From positions 372,001 through 436,000 of the forward strand of contig NIVC01000283.1 in NCBI GenBank assembly GCA_002269645.1: a DNA stretch of 64,000 bases. Direction: 5' to 3'. The stretch's first letter is position 1; each line of letters starts with the position of its first letter. The notes beneath the pieces were generated by a model that worked only from the letters and a program-made list of their open reading frames with translations, was not told the DNA's origin and did no database searches. Origin of the DNA: Macrostomum lignano (taxonomy: Eukaryota). This document shows positions 51,550 through 62,642 of the stretch, piece after piece. The translations under genes and the position numbers were made by a program.

Positions 51550-51930
51550 GCGATATTCGAGTACATGGGCTACTGGGAGCAGCGGGGCCTGGAGCTCAGC
51601 CCGCAGAAGCCCGCCCTGTGGCTGCGCTACATCGACGACATCTTCGGCGTCTGGCACGGAACGAGAGACGAGCTGGTCCGCTTCCATGAGCTCCCGGATG
51701 GCCTCGACCCGAACATCAGGTTGCAGCTGAGCTACAGTAGCACCGAGGTCAACTTCCTGGACACCACCGTCTTCTGGGACCGCGAGGGGGACTCCAAGCG
51801 TCTGGCGACCAGAGTTTTCTTCAAGCCCACGGACAGCCGAGCTCTTATCCACCGCGACTCATTTCACCCGAGGCGGACGTTCAAGGGTGTGGTCAAGTCC
51901 CAGCTCATCACATACGCCCGCAGGTGCTCC
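51550..51930 (+). pseudogene. Penelope-like element reverse transcriptase fragment (YIDD to thumb)
   Basis: LWLRYIDDIFGVWHG..NIRLQLSYSSTEVNFLDTTV..RVFFKPTD..LIHRDSFHP..KGVVKSQL..RRCS. Confidence 0.85.
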
Positions 51931-52449
51931 CGGATGGTCACCCTCCTGAGCATTCTCCAGCTGAAAGAGCTCGGCTTCGACAACAAGTAATCGGCCGAGC
52001 TGCCGCTAACCTGTTTGTCTCGGCAAATCAGGTCGCTCGTGAGGAGATTCTTCACACAATGGATCAGTTCACTGTAAGCAACTTACGTATGTACCTACCT
52101 TAATTATTACCATACCTTTGCCTCTTGCCTCCTCTTCTCTCTCCACTCTCTCCTCTCTTTCTCTCCACCATCTATCCTGTCTTCTGTACACTGTACCTCT
52201 GAAATCTCTAATTTTACTTCACACAGGCCGCACCAGCAGTACCAAACGCTGCAAATCTGGCGCAAGCGGCGAATCATCAACCCGCATAGCAAAATTACGT
52301 ATCCAATAGAAAGTGGGACGTCTCCGATACGTAACTTTTTTGGTTGCAGGAACGTCCTTGATACGTATCCATTTTTATGATCCTCTAAAGAAGCTCGTTT
52401 CTGCAAAAATGGTGGAATAAATAATCAATAATATTACAAGCATATTATC

Positions 52450-52653
52450 TGGGATCTTTTCACCATTTTCGAGGGCCGCATGGTCTCTATCGACTCGCGG
52501 TTGGTGTCACAAGGTGCTCTGAGGCGGTTGCAGCGAAAGAAGTACAGCCTGCAGCGACAGTCCAAATACTTCAAACTTTGGTCGGAGTATCAAGCTGGAG
52601 ACCGATCGATTCAGTCACTTCTGGGAGGCTTGCAGCAAGCTGAATGGACCTTA
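52450..52653 (+). pseudogene. MULE-type transposase C-terminal remnant
   Basis: RLVSQGALRRLQRKKYSLQRQSKYFKLWSEYQAGDRSIQSLL, then after a +1 shift EACSKLNGP*. Resembles, from memory, the RLVSE..L.R.QRKKY..LW..Y..G.R...LL.ACS end of invertebrate MULE transposases. Confidence 0.55.
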
Positions 52654-53041
52654 AGCTGTCTATGGTGCATCTGCTGATCTGCATATGCTTAACTTCTGTA
52701 ATGCTAAGACTTCTTTGCGTGCTACGTGTAACATCTTTGCTTTTAATGCATGTTTATTATTCTAGCTCTTTCTCTTTCTTTATTTCTGCAACGGAGTGAC
52801 AGAGTGTATGTGCCTGTACATGTACTTGTGTATGCCAAATTAATTTATCACAATACTTACAGTACTATATAATGCAAGTCAATTCATTTTGTACTTTATC
52901 GTAATGGGCGAATATCAATCAAGGAAAACGTGATATCAATCTATTAATTTAATTATCGTTCATAACGAAATACTGAAAATTTGTGTTGCTTTTTTAATAA
53001 ATCCGGATAAATCACACTTTTTAATCGTGAAGTTTGTAGTA

Positions 53042-53880
53042 CACCTTAATTTCGTAATTTAAATTGGTTCCGGCTCAAATACGAAGACACTCGACCCAGA
53101 AAGTCATCGAACGGTTCGGATCCGTTGAAGGGTGCCGGCTTCGGCACCGACGGAAGCTGGATTGCTTGTTGATATACCGGTGCGCATAGGTTGCGGTCGC
53201 CAGCGCCAGGGTGAGATCCGCCTTGGAGCAACGGAGCCCATGGTTCGGCCATACGGTGCACAGAGGGTCTTGGTGGATGTGTCACTGCAGCTGGCGCAGC
53301 TGCCGCGGAAGGCCTGGTGTCCAGCAGGAATGAGTCTCCCGTCTCCATGTAGTTCGTTGACGGTTGGCCGGGCCCGGGGGGCGCTGGCACTTGAGACTGA
53401 CAGCAGCGTGCTTCATCGACAGAGAGTTGCACAGGGTCGAGGTCACGAAGCTCTTGATAGCGCCGCCAGTTCGCCTCCCGTTCGGATTCTGGCTCACTGG
53501 TTGACAAAGAGGTGTTAGCCGTAGCCGCAGCGGTCGGACGTAAAATATCGCGAGTTCTCAGTCTTAGCCGTTGAGGCTCTTCTGCCTCACGTTCTGACCA
53601 CATGATGATCGATGACAGGTACGTGTAAGGTCTTTTATGGCACAGCTCCCCGCTTACTAGGCACACTCTAAAGCATAGCCAGTAACAGTTCGAGCTATGA
53701 TTCAGCATTTATTGGACTCACCATCGAGCTAAGGCGATGAAATTCAGCTGATATAAAGTTACGAATAAAGTATTGAACGAAACGAAAATATACGAGTATT
53801 ATTACATTGCAATGCGATTACTTTGCTTTACTTAACACCCGCCTCGAGTTGGCACCAATTTAAATTACGAAATTAAGGTG
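53042..53880. mobile_element. 839-bp non-autonomous TIR element (TA TSD, IS630/Tc1/mariner-type) carrying a gag-like fragment
   Basis: Perfect 27-bp TIRs CACCTTAATTTCGTAATTTAAATTGGT (53042-53068, 53854-53880), with TA on both sides. Confidence 0.85.
53069..53610 (-). pseudogene. Retrotransposon gag N-terminal fragment
   Basis: ..IQLPSVPKPAPFNGSEPFDDFLGRVSSY resembles the KPxxFxG gag motif; the fragment is cut off by the TIR. Confidence 0.5.
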
Positions 53881-54970
53881 TAATTTCATGTACAGCTAAA
53901 TTTATTTGCATGAAATATATAACATGTTTATATACCTGCATAGCAGTTAAGTACTGAGTCCGCTTCTTACCCCCCCCCCACCTTCACGTTTTCAAAAAAT
54001 CTAGATCTTTTTTAAAATGCTATTGTAATTACGGTTATATGCTTTGATACATTGGCATAAAAAAGTTTTTTTTCGTTTTTTTTTGGATTTTTCGTTCGAA
54101 CTTCATTCGCAACTTATCGTAATCAAAGTAATCTCGCAATTAAAGCTATACCTAGTAATTCGTACTCATTTTTGTATTAATATTTATAATCGTTGTTAGT
54201 TGTTAGTCGTCACTTTTCGTCCAAAAATACCGTAAAAATTCTGGCGCGCTTTCAAATACTTTATCTTTAACAATAAACTCGTCAAATCGTCGTCAAATCG
54301 TCTTTATAAACTTCTATTTCGAAAATTTTTCCAAATACATAGCTCTATAATATATTGGCCAAACAGGCTAATTGCCTGAGCCAAATTCTTACTACTACTA
54401 CTACAAGTTTTTGATAATTGGCAAAAATTACGTGTTATTATATAAATGCGCTCTAAATAGCGAACTTACAGTTGTCGCCGAAGTGATCCAAGTGTGTCGC
54501 CGAAATGACTGTCGCCGAAGTGATCGACTTGTCGCGGAAGTGACTGTCGCCGAAGTGACTTGTCTACATGATATGATGATATGATACGGAAGCTACATGA
54601 TATAGTCTATTAGTTGACAGTATTTTATATGGTCCTGACAATTGGTCATTGTCATATTTTCCTTATTCTTGGTTTTTTAGTCCAATGCCAATGTAGGCCA
54701 ATTTCACTAGCCACCCATGATGGCCATGAGTCCATGACTCCTATCATTACCATTTAAGCATAGGCCTAGCATTTCTATGTTGGGCAATAGCCTAGGCCTA
54801 TAATGGATCCTATTCCTATGGTATAAGCCTAGTTATAAAAGGTTCTTCTAGTTTGTAGAGGCTAGAAGCATTAGGCCTAGCTTGGCTTTCAGTAAATTCA
54901 TTTTATTTAAATTATTTTCAAAAATACATTTATAAGCTACTAATTCTATTGATAATATTAGCAAAGAGTT

Positions 54971-56179
54971 GGCTATCCTGCATTTTCGTTCGTTAAATTA
55001 TTTTTTCACGTGGAATTAATTTTACATGATCTCACAAGTTCAGCATAGGCAATAAAAATATTATGGGACATACAGAACACCCAAAAAGTTTAAGAAAGTT
55101 TGCTATAGTCAAGTCAGTTTAAACATTAGTCTCCAGATTATAGTGGGTAGTAATGGGTCACCCAGTACAGAAAGTTGCCGAAATGATGCTCATTTGGGTA
55201 GAGCCGGCGCCACAGGAACTCCTGCAGGTGCGACTCGAAGAGCCCATCGCTGGTACCGTGCCCCTGACGCAGCTTGGCCTTGCAGTGCGCCCAGCTGCCC
55301 TTGATTGTGTTGGTGTGCACTGTCGGGTCCTATGGGTCCACAAAATTGAGTCAATGGTTGACACTCGCATGGTTGAAGCCCATGGCAGCAAGGCCGTTGT
55401 ACGACTGCCATCCGTCAGTGATGACTCGGGAACCGGGCAGGATGTACTGCTGCAGAATAGGCAGCAGTGTTTCGGCACGTCAATTCTCAACCACCACCAT
55501 CATGCATTTGTTACTGCCACGCTCTACCATTCCAAGCACCCAGTGGCCCTCACGATAGTTGCCAACATGGTACTTGCGGTGGAAGAATTTGCTCTCGTCC
55601 ACCTCCACTTCAATGTTCGGGCCACCAAGCTGCATTGGGTGGTCAATGAGTACCTGGGCACACACATCGCGGCAGAAGTTGGCCCAGTCGACACTGGTAT
55701 GCGGCTGCTGGATGTCACACTGCAGCATGATGTCCTTCAGTGGTGTCTTCAGTGCCCACCAGTACACAAAGTCCACCAGTTGGTTAAGCGCTAGGTGGCT
55801 TCTCTCGAAAAAGGAGCCCTTCCTTATGGACTCCTGGCCGTGACACTCCTTGCAAGCCCAAGCCCAGCCATCTACATACCGGTCACCCTGACGACGCTGA
55901 AGGCGCATTTGAGGTGCAGCAGGGCAATGGCACCGACGCTCGTTTGACAGCAGTTAGTATTTGGCCAGCCAGCGCATCAGAGACAGTGTGTCAGTGGTCA
56001 AAAGAGCCAAGTCCCGCATCCTTATGAGCGGCAGGTCGCATAGTTCCGCAGTAGGTCTTATCTCAGCTGGTGGGATGATAGTAGTGGGAGCAGCTGGACG
56101 AGGACGACCTGCCATGTGGATGTGCAGTGTGGCTGAAAAAATGAAAAAATAATTTAACGAACGAAAATGCAGGATAGCC
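54971..56179 (-). mobile_element. Merlin (IS1595/ISXO2-like) DNA transposon A
   Basis: Perfect 38-bp TIRs GGCTATCCTGCATTTTCGTTCGTTAAATTATTTTTTCA; 8-bp TSD AAAGAGTT/AAAGAGTC. Transposase 56115-55138 with VEVDES, HWVLGMVER, ITDGW, VNH, HT, EFLWR; four in-frame stops and no frameshift. Confidence 0.93.
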
Positions 56180-56190
56180 AAAGAGTCTAT

Positions 56191-57504
56191 GGTAATCTTT
56201 CGTTACCCGACCGTAAATTATTTTCTAAGTTTTTTCGAATTTTTTATATTTAAAATGTAAATATTTTTACAGGCTTACGGTAAAAGCTAAAAGTCAGCAT
56301 GGGTAAAAGTCAGCATGGGTAAAAGTCAGCATGGGTAGTAGTGCTAGACCCAGTAAATGAAATTTTCAAAATGATGCTCTCCTCCCCAATGGCGCCTCCA
56401 GATAAACTCCTGGAGGTAAGTGTCAAAGAGTGCGCCCGACATGCCACGCATCCGTCTTAGCTTGGCCTTGACATGACCCCACGTTCCCTCGATGTTCTGG
56501 GTGTGCACAGTTGGGTCCGCAGGGTTGACGAAGTTGAGGGAGTGGTTGACAGTGGCATGGTTTGGCAGCTGGTTGTACACAGCCCACTGGTCAGTCAGGA
56601 TGCATGAGCCGGGTAGCACATGCTGTTGAATTAGAGGCAGTAGAACAGCAGCTAACCGGGACTCAACTGTCATCATGACAAAGTTTCTTGAGTCACGCTC
56701 AATCATGCCGAGTACCCAGTGACCCTCTCGGTACTGGCCAACATGGTACTTGTGGTGCATGAATTTCGACTCATCAATTTCCACAGTACGTCCGGGACCA
56801 CCCAGCTGCTGGAGATGGTCGATTGCCCACTGGCAACAGACATTGGGGAAATAGTTGAACCAGTCAACTATTGTCTTAGTTGAACCTATGCCAACCTCTC
56901 GCATGACAACGTCGTACTTGACATCAAGTGTCTACCAGTACATTAGCTGGATGATCTTGTCCAGTGGCAGGTGACTATTGTAGAAGAAGGAGTCTTGTTG
57001 CAATGACTTGTACCCCTTGCACTCTTTGCAGTACCAAGCATGGCCATCCATTGTATTGCGTGCGCGATTGACAAAGCCCATAGGCGTGTGGCAGCACTGC
57101 ATGGTGTTACGGAGCAGGCCAAGGGTTGCCAGCCAGTTTATTGTATCGTCCATTGTGTCCGTCTTCCTGTGGACATCTTGCAGCTTCAGGGCCAGGGCTT
57201 GCAGCAGCTGGTCAGCCGGAATGACCGAATTCTGGGGTACAATGGTTGTTGGGGCTCGAGGTCAATCAGCCATTGCTAAAAGGATGCGGAAAACACGTTA
57301 AAGACATGAGAAATAATTTTTGAGATATTGAGATATTTAAGATATTTGAGATTATTAAAAAATTAAAAAATCCAAAATTAAAAACATTTTTTTCTTTTCT
57401 TAAAATGTGCGCCCCACATATATACACAACTTCAGCCAAAAAAATTAAAAGAAACTGAAACAGGAAGCTGAAAATAATTTACGGTCAGGTAAGGAAAGAT
57501 TACC
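56191..57504 (-). mobile_element. Merlin DNA transposon B (different subfamily)
   Basis: 34-bp TIRs GGTAATCTTTC.. (2 mismatches); 8-bp TSD GAGTCTAT/AAGTCTAT. Transposase from ATG 57273 with VEIDES, LTDQW, NIEGTW, EFIWR; three in-frame stops. Confidence 0.93.
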
Positions 57505-60122
57505 AAGTCTATTAGTATTCTATTTCTATTTTTGAATAAAAAGAAGACTTTGAAATTAAGTGATAAGTAATAAAAATTGCTTTGCAAAATCCTGATTTAT
57601 TTAAATTAAAGTTTATCATAAAAATCTAAGTTAATCATTTACCAGATAGGCCTAGTTCTAAGCCAATGCCTATGTTATAAGAAAATAAATAAATCTAAGC
57701 CCAAGATAGGTGAGTAAATATAAAAAAATCTTGAATAGCAATTTTTAGATAGACTTATAAATATTTATATTTCTAGCTCCTTATTCTATCATTTTGTTTA
57801 TTTGGAAATAAAATCTAGTCTTACAAATTTTTAGAAAATCAAGTCCTAGGCCTATTCATGTCGTAGGGCTCCTGGGTAATCTATTAGAATCCCACTGATG
57901 TCACTAAAATCTGTTATAGGGATATTTATGGGATTCTTGGGATTTCTAAAAGATATGCTAATTTTATTACTAATAGGAGTAAGCCAATGGTTGCTCCTGG
58001 TGGCATGAGTGTCAGAGCGGCAAGACATTGTCTATAGATTAAAAACTGTCCAAGGGAGGGCTACGCGGCGGATCAGAGTTGCCTGGGGAATTATCGCATA
58101 ATGGGATTTTCTAATAACTAATAGGGAATGATTTCATGGGGAAGAGTTCGCTCAATAGAATCACTAAGGGAGAGGCTAAGATTTCTAATAGTTAAACTTC
58201 AAAGTAGGGGAACGAAATACTGGGTCAGTTGGGAGTTAGAGTTGGGCAACAATTGGGCAACAGTAGGTCTGGGTAGGGAGTTGGCTGAACTCCAGGTCAA
58301 ATTCTGGGGTCTGGGGGTTAGGGAAGGAGAGAGAGAGACGAAGCTCTTGTTCACTAGGGATAGGGGATGAGGTAATAATTGCGCGTGTCTGCGGGGTTGG
58401 AGGGGGAAAGGCTGTACGCTTATAGCTAAATAGATCCTTCTTGGGGAGAGGGGAGAGGCTGTATGCTTCGACTGAACAGGCCTTGGGAAAGGGCTGAGCG
58501 CCTAAATAAGGAACAGTGAGTCAGGCAATGCCCAATTAAAACCTTTGTATTAGCCAACCTCTTAAAGGAGAGTGGGCCACACAAGGAGTATGTCTCTCCT
58601 GACATTACAATTGCTCGCTTATATAATATATTTTGTCAAAATGTTGGACAATTTTAAACAAACATTTTACTAGATAACAATTTTTTACTAATATTTAAGT
58701 GCGCATTTATATTTTTAAGCAAAAGAAAACATTATACAAGCTCACATATTTTATGATATTAAAGGCAGAAATTTAGTTGTGAAGGCAACAAAGAATAAGG
58801 TATTAAGATGCATTACTATATTAAACTGCCCGCCTCATTCAAAAATATATATGAAAGACAAATTCTAAACTAAGAATATATATGTAAAGTACTTTTCCTA
58901 TACTATAGTCCTAATGCCTGCATTGCCTTCACATTTTATATTTCTATTGCAGTGTTGCTCCTTGTCATCTTTTGATATATCTATCTCTGCTTTCAAGTCT
59001 TATGTCCCTAACCCCTTGTTCTACTAAGTCTCTTAAGTCTATGCCTATAAAATTCAACTAGCTAGCTTTAGGCTTTGACCTTTGTCTATATCCCAGCCAA
59101 CATTCATGTACATGCACAGCCTCCAAAATTTGGTTGGCTGTGAAACTCAGTTTTTGGCCAAAAATGCAATTTACATGTAGGCCCTAAAAGAAACCCTAAA
59201 GCAAAAGTAATACAACTTTGGTAAATGGAAGAAGCAATTGTATTACGGCCTAATAAGGCAAAATGCCTCATCATCTACATAGTACTACTTGGGTATTTAT
59301 TTAGGTAGACATTTTTGTGATTTATCTTGGTTGGCCACCAAATTGGTCAGCCAGATTGGCTAACTTGGCCAACTGTTGCGCATGTATGCCAACATTGCTA
59401 CTAATGCTAAGTCTTCTTAGGCCTAAAGCCATTTATTTTAATCAGCCTGAGCCTAGTTCTCTTAGGCCTAAGGTTTTTAAGTTTTTAGGTTCTCTTAAGT
59501 TTTTTAGGAGCATGTCTTAGGCCCTAATTACCCTTCTAAATCTATATATCTACTAATTCTGCTAGGCCTATGCCTATAAATTTTAGCCAGCCAACTTGTT
59601 AAGTCAATGTTGCAACTAACATTTATGCTCATTGCTTATGCTAAGTGTCCTAGGTCTATCTACCTAAATGGCAGGAATTTAAAATAGACCCTTAAACACA
59701 TTAAAATAAGCCCTCTATCGCATCTTTGGCAAAGAAAGAAAGGACTAATTTTGGCACATTGGTGTTCAGCACACGTTTACATTTTGTCTACTGGAGTTGA
59801 AAAATGGTCTAATGTGACCTTTGACTATATAGGAGTCCTAGGCCTATAAGGTCCCTCTCTAAGTCCCTTATAATTTGGCCTAGAAACATAAGCCAATATG
59901 TTCCCTTTCTTTCCTCATAGAAGAAGGGGGACAAAATGCTTTTATTGATTTTATTGGTTAGCCTATACCTTTGACCTCTTGCAATTGGCCTAGTCTACTA
60001 CTTTATTACCTCCTATTGGCTCCCTCCACTTTAGTTCTATATATACCTCCTATCTTTGCTTTACATGTATAAATATAATGGTGCAATATAACTAATATAG
60101 GGTGTTTCCTATATTTTTGCAG

Positions 60123-61385
60123 CTGCAGGCAGTCAGGGCCAGGCTAGTCAGAATCAGAATCAACTGAATCATCCCACTCTTAGAACTGCTGCAGATGCAG
60201 CAAATTATTTGCTGCATATATGAAAATTATTTGTTATTCATTTAATTATACAATTTTTTGATTTCTCAATATTCATATTTATACTTAGATAAAAACTGGT
60301 ATTTAGTTTTTCATTAAAGCTGTCTATATGTTGAGCTATTAAGTTCTAAGAAATAGCTTGATTAAGTAGTGATGGCTTGGTAGGTACAATTAATATTTTA
60401 AAAGATCATCTTATGACCTAAAGTCGCCAAAACCATGGCCTGCATGTGATTGAGAAGTTGTGCTTAACAAGGCTGCAAAATTTTAATATTGTTCTTAGTA
60501 TTATATTTGCAGTAAAACATAAAGAGTGCAAAATCCTTATTTTCTATGTCCTCAAGCTTTTTATTTTCTTTGACTATGCGCTGGAGGGTCACAGTTCTCC
60601 TATTAGCTACATTCCTCAGTTGCTGCTTCTCAGTAGCCAATAGACATCTGTACTCTTGAAATACTGTTGGTGTTTTTTGTTTTTTTGCAACAAGGCAGGC
60701 TAGGCATGATGCCTATTTGGACTACATTGTCTTAGGTATCCCTATTGGAATAAGTTTTAAAAACCCGCAGATGTGCAACACAGGTACCAAAATTGTGCCC
60801 TCAAAAGCGCGACGTGACACCAAATTTTGTTGACTGGGAGGGCAGCGATGCGCGACACAACATTGATGTCTGATGACCAGGGGGGGGGGGACGCCACAGC
60901 AGCCATGTCACATTGCACATTGCCCACCTAATCAATCATATTCTCAATCTCATTAAATCCTTCACCTGCTCTTCTTGTCCAGTTTTTCCTTGATGCCCTG
61001 AACCAGTGCCTAGACTTTGGATCAGTTGGTCAACGCCAATCGGGAGGGAACACCTGAGATGGCTGAGAGGAAGAGGCAGAGGCTGCAGAGCCACTGGAGC
61101 CAGAGCCAGCATTATTAGCCTTGTGCCACCATTCACAATGCTGATCCTGGTCATACACTCGTGCTGACTTGCAATAGTCCAACCTCAGCTTCTGCTTTAG
61201 GCTTGATGCTGAGCCTGATGCAGCTGACTAAGCTAAGGCAAAGGCTGAGGCTGCTAGTAGCCGCTTAAGGCATGGAATACAATACCTAAGCTCAGACTAC
61301 TCAGTTTCTGCATCTGCAGCAGTTCTGAGAGTGGGATGATTCAGTTGATTCTGATTCTGACTAGCCTGGCCCTGACTGCCTGCAG
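60123..61385. repeat. 78-bp inverted duplication (60123-60200 / 61308-61385)
   Basis: 77/78 identity as reverse complements. Confidence 0.85.
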
Positions 61386-62642
61386 TTACAAAAAAGAAAG
61401 AGTAAATCTTGGCCTGCTTTGCTGGAGGTAGTGCAGGATTAGGAGCATGCTGCTGCTGCTGCTCGTGCTCATTAGGCTCAGAGGAGTCAGAGTCTGTCTC
61501 TGTCTGCACTGTGACTGTCTCGCCTCATAAACTCATAAACCGCATAAACTCATAATCTGAATTGCTGTCAGAATTAACATCTATTTGACTTGACTGACTT
61601 GTGACACTGCAATATTGGAAATTAATTGGTAATTACTAATTGGTATTAGTAATTTGGTATGCAGTAATTCACATTCATTATTAATTAATAACTAATCAGT
61701 ATAGATACAGCTAGAGTATTAGACTGATTAGAGTAGAATGCAGCAGCAGTGAATAGAATTCTTAGTTGCTTTTCTAATTATAACTTATAGTCATAGACTA
61801 GATTCTAGAAAACTAAGAAAAATTGGTTAATCTTATTTATCCTATTAGTAATTAGTAGTTAATAAACAAGGAACAAGCAGAAGAACAATAAACATTAAAC
61901 AGTTAAACTCATAGGTAGGTATCATAGCAAGCAATATAAGGCACAAATGATTTTAAAAGTTATAACAAAAAACAAGTTCTAAACTTCTAACAAAGTCAAG
62001 TCAAACTAGTTAAAGGAAACAAAATAACTACCAACTGAGTCTAAGGTTATCTTATATTCTGGAATTTCTGGATAACTGGATTATGTAATGTTTATTACTA
62101 TTTACTAAGTTTACTAAATAGTACATGTACAAGTACAAGGTAGTGCAAGTAAGGTACACAAACTTAATAGATCGCGAGTTGCAAAATATTGAAATTATTG
62201 GATCATTAAACTTGAACTGGTAATAAAAACAGTGAAAAAAGTAAAAGTAAATGATGCATTCTCTATTACCATGATCAAGGCATAAGCATTCAACTTGTGC
62301 ACAAACTACAAACAATTAAATAAACCAATGTACTCCATTTGTAGATACACATGACAGTCCAAAAAACCAACAAAATCAGGGCATCAAGGATTCACTTAAA
62401 CTGACAATTCCCATTCTGTTATTCACTCCCAAGACCCAGACCATGGGGCAAATGACAAGAGCATTCCTTTCAATTTTGCAAAAAAGAAATGAAATTAAAA
62501 AACAATAAAAAGTGAAACAACAAAGGTACAGCAGTTAGAAAAACAGTGCACATGTTGTAACTAACAAGTGACATTTTTAATAATTATATTTGAAGTATTA
62601 GTTATTTCACTGTCAAAATAAAAAAAAACAATTCAAAAACTA

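Larger units (their letters stand above)
51197..54565. mobile_element. Non-autonomous MULE/Mutator-like element with tandem-subrepeat TIRs (CACTTCGGCGACA)n
   Basis: Five CACTTCGGCGACA copies at 51207-51286 are inverted relative to TGTCGCCGAAGTG-type copies at about 54470-54560. An internal remnant resembles a MULE transposase C-terminus. Exact ends and TSD are not resolved. Confidence 0.62.

Noticed and set aside
53845-53857. Possible primer-binding site TGGTGCC.. (minus strand) upstream of the gag fragment
   Set aside because: The TGGT is part of the 27-bp TIR, and the rest does not convincingly match a tRNA 3' end.
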